Shown here: piece by piece, positions 9,099 to 17,252 of the stretch
Layout: the number at the start of each line of letters is the position of its first letter
Position numbering within the stretch: the stretch's first letter is position 1
Assembly (NCBI GenBank): GCA_012744415.1
Contig: JAAYCF010000065.1
Span: forward strand, 1-46,035
Length of the DNA: 46,035 nt
DNA from: Thermotogaceae bacterium
GTDB taxonomy: Bacteria; Thermotogota; Thermotogae; MWEM01
Direction of reading: 5' to 3'
Program-made: the position numbers and the translations under genes
The notes under the pieces: model-generated
Databases searched by the model: none
Seen by the model: the letters and a program-made list of their open reading frames with translations, nothing else
What the model was told of the DNA's origin: nothing

Positions 9099-10826
9099 CT
9101 ACACCCACCGCTGGGTGATCGGAAGCCCTTGTTCTCCGTTGAAGCTTACCTTCGTCAGTTTCGGGCCGATGGGATTCACGTGACGCTTAAATTCGCTGCG
9201 GATGTACAATTCACAGACTTTGTGGACGCTTTCCTCGCGGAATCCTTCTTTGATAATCTCATCGGCGGAATACCGTTCCTCGACTAACAGACGAACGATC
9301 GGGTCCACCTCTTCATAGGGCGGCAAGCGGTCCTGATCGGTTTGACCGGGATACAGCTCGGCCGTCGGTGCTTTATTGAAAACGCTTTCCGTGATCACCT
9401 GAGTACCCAGCAGTTTGTTCAGCGTCTTTCCCAGCGCGTAAACCTGGTATTTGTACAAATCCTTTATAGGGGCAAATCCCCCGGCGGAGTCGCCGAAAAG
9501 CGTGCTATACCCGCATGCAGACTCGCTTTTATTGCCGGTCGTCAAGACGAGCCATCCATAACGGTTCGATAAGGCCAGTAGGGTGTTCGCCCGAATCCGA
9601 GGCTGCAGGTTTTGCTCGCACAAGTCTCCCGTGTTTATTTCGAACTCAGCCTCGAATAGCTGTCGATAGCTCTCCAAAACGTCTCCGATCGGAAGCGTCA
9701 GGGTTTTAATCTGAAGGGCGTCGGCTAGATCTTGCGCATCTTTGATACTGGTGTCGGAAGTATACCCCGTAGGCATTAAAACGCCGATTACCCGCTCACG
9801 TCCTAAGGCCGAAACAGATAGCGCCGCGACGACCGCCGAGTCAATGCCTCCGCTTAAACCCAAGACCACTTTTTCGAAACGGTTTTTCCCAACGTAATCG
9901 CGCAGCGAAAGCTGCAAGGCCGAACAGATCGCGGCGGATTCGTCCTCCGGATAATCAAAGATTTTGGAATTGATCTCCGGTTTAAAGGAAGCGGAGAAGT
10001 CGCAATCGATTCGATTGACGGGCCATTCCTGAAAACGGAGTCCGCACCGAATCGCCCCTGTCTCCGTTTTTCTTCCGCGTAGGGGCAATTCGATGTCTGC
10101 GACGACGAAATCTTCCTCCAGCATCTTCCCGCGCGCTTTAATCCGGCTGCGCCCGTCGAAGATCATGCTGTTGCCGGTGAAGATCCATTGATCCTGACCG
10201 CCGATCGCGTTCGCGTGGACGATGCCCATCTCGAAGTCCTTCGAGCGGCTGAACAACCGTTGCTCCGTTTCGGTGTATTCACCCGCCAAAAAAGAAAACG
10301 CGGAAAGATGGAAAAGAATACAAACGCCGTATCGATCGTAAGTGGAAAGCAGATCATATCGATCCCACAGATCGTTGCCAATGACGACGCCCGCTTTGAT
10401 CCCCTCTATATTGAGTAAAATCCCTTCATCACCGGATGAGAAAAACCCCGTATCGACCCCGTCGTTTTCGGGGCATATCGCGATTTTTCGATAAGAACCC
10501 AGCCACTTTCCGTTTTGTATGAATCCGGCGCTGTTGTAATATCGGTTCTCTTCGGCATCCAAAAACCCGAAGACGATTAAGGGCTGTTTTCCTTTCGAGA
10601 ACTGGATGATCTCGTCGATGCTCCGGCGCGTTTCTTTCAGGAAGGCTCGATTTTTCGATAGTTCCTGACAGTTTAATCCATTTAAGCATAGTTCTGGAAA
10701 GATCAGAGCATCCGCCCCGATCTCATGTCCCAGCGCGATCCCTTGTTCAAGATTCTTCGCGTTATCCTTTAAGGCGCCCGTGATGGTATTCAGCTGACTC
10801 ACCGCAACTCTCAACGTTTTTTTCAT
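9099..10826 (-). CDS. nadE: Glutamine-dependent NAD+ synthetase
   Basis: N-terminal CN-hydrolase (glutaminase) domain plus C-terminal NAD synthetase domain with PP-loop 'VLGLSGGIDSAVVAAL'. 575 aa. Confidence 0.9.
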   Translation of the reverse strand: MKKTLRVAVSQLNTITGALKDNAKNLEQGIALGHEIGADALIFPELCLNGLNCQELSKNRAFLKETRRSIDEIIQFSKGKQPLIVFGFLDAEENRYYNSAGFIQNGKWLGSYRKIAICPENDGVDTGFFSSGDEGILLNIEGIKAGVVIGNDLWDRYDLLSTYDRYGVCILFHLSAFSFLAGEYTETEQRLFSRSKDFEMGIVHANAIGGQDQWIFTGNSMIFDGRSRIKARGKMLEEDFVVADIELPLRGRKTETGAIRCGLRFQEWPVNRIDCDFSASFKPEINSKIFDYPEDESAAICSALQLSLRDYVGKNRFEKVVLGLSGGIDSAVVAALSVSALGRERVIGVLMPTGYTSDTSIKDAQDLADALQIKTLTLPIGDVLESYRQLFEAEFEINTGDLCEQNLQPRIRANTLLALSNRYGWLVLTTGNKSESACGYSTLFGDSAGGFAPIKDLYKYQVYALGKTLNKLLGTQVITESVFNKAPTAELYPGQTDQDRLPPYEEVDPIVRLLVEERYSADEIIKEGFREESVHKVCELYIRSEFKRHVNPIGPKLTKVSFNGEQGLPITQRWV

Positions 10827-10855
10827 AGCGTCCTCCTATCGCACGATGTTTGCGT

Positions 10856-11674
10856 TCACGACCCCTTGGAAAACCAGTCGATAATCTCCGCTCTAAACCG
10901 TTCTCCGTGCTCGGGGTCGTAGAAGGTTTCGTGGTAAGCCCCCTCGAAGGTTTTAAAGGCTTTCTCAGGACTCGGGACATGTTCGTAAAAGCGATTCGCG
11001 GCTTGTGGAATCACGATACGGTCGGCTGATCCAGTCACGAACAGCGCCGGCAGTTTCACTTTATCCGATTCGGAAAAAGCCTGTTGGATCTCCCGGTAGA
11101 TGCTGTAACCCAGCGCGAGGGAGATCTGGTCGTGTACCAGAGGGTCACGGGTATAGGCATCCACAATCGACCGATTACGAGAGAGCAGTTCGGGCGCGAG
11201 TCCGTTCTTAACGGTCAAAAAGGGCATCAATTTTGCCAGCCACGCCATCGTCTTGATCCGTTTCTCCTGTTCAGTTGGTAATCCGAGGAGAGGCGCGGAG
11301 ATCGCCGCGCGGTTAAAGAGTGTCGGGTTTTTTTGAATCGCCCGAATCGCCACCAATCCACCCAGACTGTGCCCAAACAAACCGGTAGAAACCCCGGGGT
11401 TTTCTTTCTGAGCCATAGAGACGACCTGTTCGATAACGGCGACCATTTCCTGCACCGTCGCGTGTCCCCGTTTTCCATTATTAACGCCATGCCCCGGCAG
11501 ATCAGCGGTATAGACGCTAAACCCCGCGCGATTCATTTCCCCGAAAAACTCCGTGTATCGTCCGGCGTGTTCCCCAAGACCGTGAACGACCACGATAATC
11601 CCTTTAGGTGAAGGGATTGGATAGGCGAATCCTTTAATATCGCCTTTTCGAGAGACCAGGTCAAATGTTTTCAT
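10856..11674 (-). CDS. Alpha/beta hydrolase (monoacylglycerol-lipase / lysophospholipase-like)
   Basis: 'VVVHGLGEHAGRY' and nucleophile elbow 'GHSLGG'. 14-nt overlap with the upstream membrane-protein gene. Confidence 0.8.
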   Translation of the reverse strand: MKTFDLVSRKGDIKGFAYPIPSPKGIIVVVHGLGEHAGRYTEFFGEMNRAGFSVYTADLPGHGVNNGKRGHATVQEMVAVIEQVVSMAQKENPGVSTGLFGHSLGGLVAIRAIQKNPTLFNRAAISAPLLGLPTEQEKRIKTMAWLAKLMPFLTVKNGLAPELLSRNRSIVDAYTRDPLVHDQISLALGYSIYREIQQAFSESDKVKLPALFVTGSADRIVIPQAANRFYEHVPSPEKAFKTFEGAYHETFYDPEHGERFRAEIIDWFSKGS

Positions 11675-12188
11675 CGGTACCGCCTCCTTGATGTTCCTGA
11701 TGTTGATCCAAGTGTTTTTTTCTTTTCACCATATCTCTGACGACGATCATGAACAAAGCCGCGACGACGAGAATACCTCCGGTTAATCCAAATGCCTGTT
11801 GCCCGATAAAGAACATCGGGATGGCGATAGGCGTCCAGAAGCCGAGAAGGAATAACAGCTCAAGGAACGGATGCCGTTTCATCTTCGAAAATAGCAGGAG
11901 TTCGACTCCGGCGAAGAGAAGCGACACCGAAAGGCAGTTCAGAAAGAAGGCGATGCTCGTTTGGTCCCACTTTTTGTTGAGCGTGAAGAGGACGAGGATC
12001 AAGAGCATAAACAGGATATTGAGGGTCATCAGCAGCTTTTTTCCATCCTCCCGACCCAATAAAAAAGCGGGAATGGCCAACAAAATGGCTGCGACGACCA
12101 GCCAGGCCGTTCCGAAAGGATGATGGAAGACGAAGAACAGTAAAAACAGTAATAAGACAGAAAGAAGAATGCTCACGATTTGGCGCAT
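11661..12188 (-). CDS. Hypothetical integral membrane protein
   Basis: Five to six hydrophobic helices, no recognisable motif. ATG 12188 is preceded by AGGAG with a 7-nt spacer. This avoids the 71-nt overlap with the upstream gene implied by the listed 12269 start. Confidence 0.5.
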   Translation of the reverse strand: MRQIVSILLSVLLLFLLFFVFHHPFGTAWLVVAAILLAIPAFLLGREDGKKLLMTLNILFMLLILVLFTLNKKWDQTSIAFFLNCLSVSLLFAGVELLLFSKMKRHPFLELLFLLGFWTPIAIPMFFIGQQAFGLTGGILVVAALFMIVVRDMVKRKKHLDQHQEHQGGGTDENI

Positions 12189-12198
12189 GACTCCACTC

Positions 12199-13107
12199 CT
12201 ATTGGATAATTTCATCGATGATTCCATCCTGTTCGTGATCGATCCGCACCGACTTCCTACCTCTCGCAAGCTTCGGAGAGGTTTGGATAACAGGTCGTTT
12301 CCTTTGCTGAAATGCGGCCTGATAAAGCGCCAGAGAAGCGGCGATCGCGACGTTCAACGAATCGCACCGTCCGTACATAGGGATCGAAACCGTTTGATGC
12401 GGGAATGCGTACCATTCTTTGCTGATCCCATACCGTTCGCTGCCAAGTATAAACGCGGTGCGGTCCGGAAAACGCGCCTCAAAGATAACAGCTTCCGCTT
12501 CCGAATCAAGCAGGTACAGCGTTACCCCTTGTTCCTGGAGCCACGCCCCGGCGTTAGGGACGTCCGTTTCGACAACCGGCACTGAAAATAAAGACCCCAA
12601 ACTCGCTTTAAGAACCTTTGGATGTGTTAGCCTGGCCCGACGGTTCGTCACAATGAACCCATTTCCGCCGGCGCCATCAATCGACCTGAGAATCGTTCCG
12701 ATATTGCCGGGAATCTCCACGCCATCGGTCACTGCATAGAGCGCCTTGGGAGCGGGAGATAGGTCTTCTAACCTCAAACGGGGCAGTGGAACCAACCCCA
12801 GCAAACCATCCGGTTGGTCCCTCTCACTCAACGAACGAAAGGCTCTTTCAGACACCTGATAGGCATTCCGTGATAAAGAGACGGCTTTCTGAGCGCAAAT
12901 TTGAGATTCCGGCGAACGCGTCAATTCCGGACAATAGAGGAAGAAGTGGGGACTTAGCCCGTTTTCGAAGGCTTTCTCCAAAGCCCACAAACCCTCGGCA
13001 ATCACATAGTTTTCGGGGTTTGATTTCGTATTGTCCCGGATGTTGAGAACTTTTTTGATTAATCCGCTTTTGATGCCGATTTGAGGGATATTTTTCCCGT
13101 CCGTCAC
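12199..13107 (-). CDS. TrmH/SpoU-family RNA 2'-O-methyltransferase
   Basis: SpoU motifs 'PGNIGTILRS', 'FILGSERYGIS' and 'SLNVAIAASLALY', with an N-terminal substrate-binding extension. Confidence 0.8.
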   Translation of the reverse strand: MTDGKNIPQIGIKSGLIKKVLNIRDNTKSNPENYVIAEGLWALEKAFENGLSPHFFLYCPELTRSPESQICAQKAVSLSRNAYQVSERAFRSLSERDQPDGLLGLVPLPRLRLEDLSPAPKALYAVTDGVEIPGNIGTILRSIDGAGGNGFIVTNRRARLTHPKVLKASLGSLFSVPVVETDVPNAGAWLQEQGVTLYLLDSEAEAVIFEARFPDRTAFILGSERYGISKEWYAFPHQTVSIPMYGRCDSLNVAIAASLALYQAAFQQRKRPVIQTSPKLARGRKSVRIDHEQDGIIDEIIQ

Positions 13108-13220
13108 CGTTCACCCTTTCAAGAATTCACTGGGTTTCATTATACCATTTTGACGCTTCGGATAGAATGCCCGAGCGCATCTCTCAACCCTTAAGATTCG
13201 TCTTTGCGTTTCCGACAACA

Positions 13221-13248
13221 AAAAAGGCGCGATAATCGCGCCTTTTTT
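13221..13248. terminator. Bidirectional Rho-independent terminator
   Basis: Inverted repeat GGCGCGAT-A-ATCGCGCC flanked by an A-run upstream and a T-run downstream. Lies about 18 nt beyond the peroxiredoxin stop. Confidence 0.7.
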
Positions 13249-13265
13249 ATCTATTCGCCTGGGTA

Positions 13266-13952
13266 TTAGATCTTTTTATAGCAAAGCCACCAGTCTTTAC
13301 ACTCAAAAGCTCCGGTTTTGGCCTGTTCCAGTCGTTCTTTCGCTGTTTTCACGTCTTTTGCCGGAGGAATGATGACTTTATCGCCCATAATTTCATTATT
13401 CGGCCAGTTCGCGGGCATCGCCACTTTATTTTTGTCTGCAAACTGCATGGCTTCCACCACTCTGAGGATCTCATCCATATTTCTTCCCAATTCTTGGGGA
13501 TAGTAAAGGATAATCCGGATGATCCCGTCGGCATCCACGACAAATACAGCTCGGACGGTATTGGTCCCTTTCCCGGGGTGAATGAGCCCCAGTTTATTCG
13601 CCACGGCTCCGGTGTCCGCAATAATCGGGAACTGAATTTCTACGCCCATCTTTTCGTGAATCCACTCTTCCCATTTAATATGGGCAAAAACCTGATCAAC
13701 GCTCATCCCAATGAGTTCGGTGTTCAACGCCTTGAATTTATCGTATCGGGTTTGAAACGCGATGAATTCCGTGGTGCAAACGGGCGTGAAATCGGCAGGA
13801 TGGCTGAACAACACGAACCATTTGCCTTTAAAAGCCTCCGGCAATACCATCTCTCCCCGAGTGGTCTGAACAGTCATATTTGGAAATTTGTCTCCTAATA
13901 ACGGCATCGAAATTCTTTCTTCTTGAGCGCAGCAGTCTTTTTTTTCTTCCAT
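13266..13952 (-). CDS. Peroxiredoxin, Prx6-subfamily / archaeal-type
   Basis: Peroxidatic-Cys motif 'FTPVCTTE'. C-terminal Cys pair 'FECKDWWLC' as in archaeal-type thioredoxin peroxidases. RBS AAGGGGG upstream of ATG 13952. Confidence 0.9.
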   Translation of the reverse strand: MEEKKDCCAQEERISMPLLGDKFPNMTVQTTRGEMVLPEAFKGKWFVLFSHPADFTPVCTTEFIAFQTRYDKFKALNTELIGMSVDQVFAHIKWEEWIHEKMGVEIQFPIIADTGAVANKLGLIHPGKGTNTVRAVFVVDADGIIRIILYYPQELGRNMDEILRVVEAMQFADKNKVAMPANWPNNEIMGDKVIIPPAKDVKTAKERLEQAKTGAFECKDWWLCYKKI

Positions 13953-14108
13953 TTAAAATGCCCCCTTTTTGTGATTTTTGCAACTATCTATAGAGACGAG
14001 AAAAGAAAGACTCTTATTCTTTTGTATTTTTTATTTGGTATTTCACTTAATAGTCATACTTTATTAAAATATAAATGACCAATCGCATCAATAGCCGTTT
14101 CAAGATAC

Positions 14109-14137
14109 TTGATTTTTTTGTCAGACCCCTCTATAAT
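14109..14137 (+). promoter_or_regulatory. Sigma70-type promoter candidate for the aldolase gene
   Basis: TTGATT, 17-nt spacer, TATAAT (14109-14114 / 14132-14137), about 150 nt upstream of the aldolase ATG in an AT-rich divergent region. Confidence 0.45.
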
Positions 14138-14294
14138 TAGAAAAGGTTCAAAGCGGACGAAAGCGCATCGCGCATTCTTCGGCGAAACCGGGCTGTCTCT
14201 GTTATTCGACCGATAAACGAGTCGAAAAAACGAGAAAACGACCGTCGGCGGATCGGATCACAAAAGGCCGAAGGAGTCTAATGGAGGAAAATGT

Positions 14295-14939
14295 ATGATT
14301 GGAAACCGATGTTGTACACAACTACTGGATGCCTGCCATCGAATGGAAGCCGGTGGAATGACCGTGGGAACTTGGGGAAACATCAGTCTTCGAGTGGATG
14401 AAACCCTTTTCCTGATCACTCCGAGCGGGATGAAATATGGCCTTTTAACGACGCAAGATATGGTTTTAATGGATATGAACGGCGAGATCATCGAAGGCAA
14501 TCGGAAACCCAGCATCGAGAACGGGCTTCATAGAATGATCTACAGCGCCCGTCCGGATGTACAGGCGATCGTTCACACCCATCCGAAATCCTCGATCGCG
14601 TTTTCCGTCGCGCGGAAAGATATCCCCCCCGTTACCGAGGAATTGGTTCAGATAATCGGTGAGGGCGTACGATGCGCCTCTTATGCGCTGCCGGGTACCG
14701 AAGACCTGGCGAAGAATGCGGTTGAAGCGCTCGGAGACAGAAATGCGGCTTTGTTGGCGAACCACGGGGCGGTATGCGTCGGGGAGTCGATCGAGAAAGC
14801 CTTCTTGGTGGCTGAAGTTTTGGAAAAATCCGCGCAAGCCATCCTCTACGCGACGCTCATCGGCGCGCCCCATGTTTTGCCCCATGAGGATTGCGTCGCG
14901 ATGAGAAACTTTGTAACCCATTCTTACGGGCAAAGATAA
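14295..14939 (+). CDS. Class II aldolase/adducin-family protein (FucA/AraD/MtnB-like)
   Basis: 'WGNISLR', 'TPSGMKY', Zn-ligand block 'IVHTHP', 'ANHGAVCVG'. GGAGG RBS upstream. Confidence 0.8.
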   Translation: MIGNRCCTQLLDACHRMEAGGMTVGTWGNISLRVDETLFLITPSGMKYGLLTTQDMVLMDMNGEIIEGNRKPSIENGLHRMIYSARPDVQAIVHTHPKSSIAFSVARKDIPPVTEELVQIIGEGVRCASYALPGTEDLAKNAVEALGDRNAALLANHGAVCVGESIEKAFLVAEVLEKSAQAILYATLIGAPHVLPHEDCVAMRNFVTHSYGQR

Positions 14940-15031
14940 ACAAGCTTAGGCGCGTCGGAGGGTTTTTTGGAGCGCTATACATCAAGAGCTTTTCCGCAAT
15001 AGCGCGACCGGCATAATTTCCGAATAATTGT

Positions 15032-17215
15032 CTATTCCCGGTGGTATTTCAATCGCAGCGAGTTCAGGATGACCGTGATGGAGCTTAAGGCCATCGCGAT
15101 CTCTCCGATGGCCGGGTGCAGAATCCCGAGCATCGCCGCCGGAATCGCGATCACGTTGTATAAGAACGCCCAGATCAGGTTTTGTTTGATGATTCGAAAA
15201 GCCAATCGCGAAATTTTCAGGCTTTCGACCACTTGGGGAATGCCTCCGCGAACGATGACGATATCGGCGCTGTCAATCGCAAGGTCCGTTCCCGAACCCA
15301 TAGCGATGCCGATATCGGCGGCTTTTAGTGCCGGCCCATCGTTGAGTCCGTCTCCCACCATCAGGACTTTTCCTTTACCGCGATGATGTTCGTGGATTAA
15401 AGCCAGTTTTTCGGATGGTTTCATCTGGCTTTTAAAATCGCTGATTCCAGTTTCCTTGCTGACACGTTTGGCAGCTTCGAAATGGTCGCCCGTCGCAAGA
15501 ATGACGGTTAACCCCATCGCGCGCAACGCGGCAATTCCGGGTATCGTATCCTCTCTCAGGGGATCCGCAACGGCAAAAGCGCCCTGTATTTCCTCATCCA
15601 AACGCGCTTCGACGATCGAATATCCTTTTTCTGTCCACGAGTGGTAGATATCGTACTGGATCGGCTTCCCCACGAATAAAACTTGATTTTCCCATCTACC
15701 CGAGATCCCCTCTCCGGGGGTTTCTTGGACATCCTCAATATCCGCCGGGTTCACTGATCCGTTTCCCTTCGCGAATTCCACCAGCGCCTTAGCCAACGGG
15801 TGAGCCGACTGGGTTTCGAGTCCTGCTATCGCTGGCAAGAGGGTATCCGGGACGGTGGTTTCAATTACGGTCGGTTTTCCGAGCGTCAACGTGCCGGTTT
15901 TGTCAGTAATGACTGTCCTGATCTCGCCCGCCGTTTGGATTGCCTCTCCGTTTCGAATGATCAAGCCTTTTTTCGCCGATAGGGATGAAGCCCCAATCAA
16001 CGCCATAGGGATCGCTAATCCCAGTGCGCACGGGCAAGCGATCACCAGCGTGGCGACGAAGACGAAGAGGCTATGGGATAGCGCGTCCGCATGGGCGTTG
16101 ACCCAAGGGATAATCTTTCCTAACGATTCAAGCGCGGGCTGTAAGCTTTCAAACCCGAAAAACCATATCAACGCGGCCGAAAGCGCTAAGAGGAGCACGG
16201 TCGGAACAAACCATAAGGTGATCCGGTCCGCAAGCGCCTGGATAGGCACTTTCGTTCCCTGCGCTTCTTGGATCATGGATATAAGCTGGGAAAGGAACAG
16301 GTCTTCTCCCACTTCGGTCACCCGCACCGTTAACGGCGCGTTCAGGTTAAGAGATCCCCCCGTCACGCGAGAACCAGTTTGTTTTTTCAAAGGCATAGAC
16401 TCGCCGGTGATCATCGATTCGTCTACCGACGAAGTCCCCTCCGCCACTTCCCCGTCCAACGGGATCCGTTCGGAAGGCAAAACCTGTATCACACTATCTA
16501 TTTTAACCGCGACGATCGGAATCAAGACCCACCCTTCACTAGTTCTAACCCGCGCTTCTTTCGCCTGTAACTGCAGCAATGCTTTGACATCTTTGGCCGC
16601 GCGGTCGCGCAACCACGATTCGATATATCTCCCCGTGAGGTGGATGGCTACGATCATCGCGCCGATACTGCCGAAAGAGGCGATTTTCAACCCCAAGAGC
16701 GCCAGCAGCGTCGTTGAAAAGGCGGTGACCGATCCCAAAAAAATAAGGGTGTCCATATTAAAATGCGCGTGTATCAGCGCGATCCAAGCGCCTTTGATCG
16801 TATGACGGCCGGTATAGAAGATGACGAAAGCGGCCATCAGCGGTTCAAGATATCTGAATATCGGAAGATGATACCCGGACATGTGAAGCAGCATCCATAC
16901 CATCAGCGGAAAAGTTGCCATCCACGAGAGGAATAGATTTCTACCTGCTTCTTGGTACCGTTTTTTCGCGGCGTCCGGGGTTACCGATTCGGCGATTTCG
17001 TATCCAACCTCAGACACGGCTTTCTTTAGCCTGTCGAAATTGATCTCTTGTTCGGAAAGCGCAAAGCCAGATTCCGTCGCAAGGTTGACGGATACAAAAT
17101 AAACGCCTTCCACTTTTTTAATCGCGCGCTCTACATGCTTGACGCACGTGACACACGTCATTCCTTTCACGTAAAAGCTCTGTTTGTACGAGGCTTTATC
17201 CGGACGGTGTTCCAT
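15032..17215 (-). CDS. copA: Copper-translocating P1B-type ATPase
   Basis: HMA domain 'GMTCVTCVKHV', membrane 'ACPCALGLA' (CPC), phosphorylation site 'DKTGTLT', hinge 'GDGLNDGPAL'. RBS AGGAGA 5-6 nt upstream. Confidence 0.9.
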   Translation of the reverse strand: MEHRPDKASYKQSFYVKGMTCVTCVKHVERAIKKVEGVYFVSVNLATESGFALSEQEINFDRLKKAVSEVGYEIAESVTPDAAKKRYQEAGRNLFLSWMATFPLMVWMLLHMSGYHLPIFRYLEPLMAAFVIFYTGRHTIKGAWIALIHAHFNMDTLIFLGSVTAFSTTLLALLGLKIASFGSIGAMIVAIHLTGRYIESWLRDRAAKDVKALLQLQAKEARVRTSEGWVLIPIVAVKIDSVIQVLPSERIPLDGEVAEGTSSVDESMITGESMPLKKQTGSRVTGGSLNLNAPLTVRVTEVGEDLFLSQLISMIQEAQGTKVPIQALADRITLWFVPTVLLLALSAALIWFFGFESLQPALESLGKIIPWVNAHADALSHSLFVFVATLVIACPCALGLAIPMALIGASSLSAKKGLIIRNGEAIQTAGEIRTVITDKTGTLTLGKPTVIETTVPDTLLPAIAGLETQSAHPLAKALVEFAKGNGSVNPADIEDVQETPGEGISGRWENQVLFVGKPIQYDIYHSWTEKGYSIVEARLDEEIQGAFAVADPLREDTIPGIAALRAMGLTVILATGDHFEAAKRVSKETGISDFKSQMKPSEKLALIHEHHRGKGKVLMVGDGLNDGPALKAADIGIAMGSGTDLAIDSADIVIVRGGIPQVVESLKISRLAFRIIKQNLIWAFLYNVIAIPAAMLGILHPAIGEIAMALSSITVILNSLRLKYHRE

Positions 17216-17252
17216 ATCCGCTCTCCTTTCTTCAATTCAAATGGCGAAAACT

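Noticed and set aside
13908-13952. 15-aa N-terminal extension '[15 protein letters not shown]' of the peroxiredoxin as a possible mis-called start
   Set aside because: ATG 13952 has a strong AAGGGGG RBS, while the internal Met (MPLLGDKF) has none. The extension is therefore probably real. The vicinal Cys pair is noted, but there is no basis for a functional claim.
14138-14294. SAM riboswitch upstream of the class II aldolase (in case it is an MtnB-type methionine-salvage enzyme)
   Set aside because: None of the SAM-I conserved segments (the kink-turn/GA motif and the four-way junction consensus) is visible, and no terminator hairpin with a T-tract precedes the ATG.
15855-16805. 316-aa ORF antisense to copA
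   Set aside because: copA carries unambiguous P-type ATPase motifs across this stretch. The antisense product is Ser/Ala/Ile-rich with no recognisable domain.
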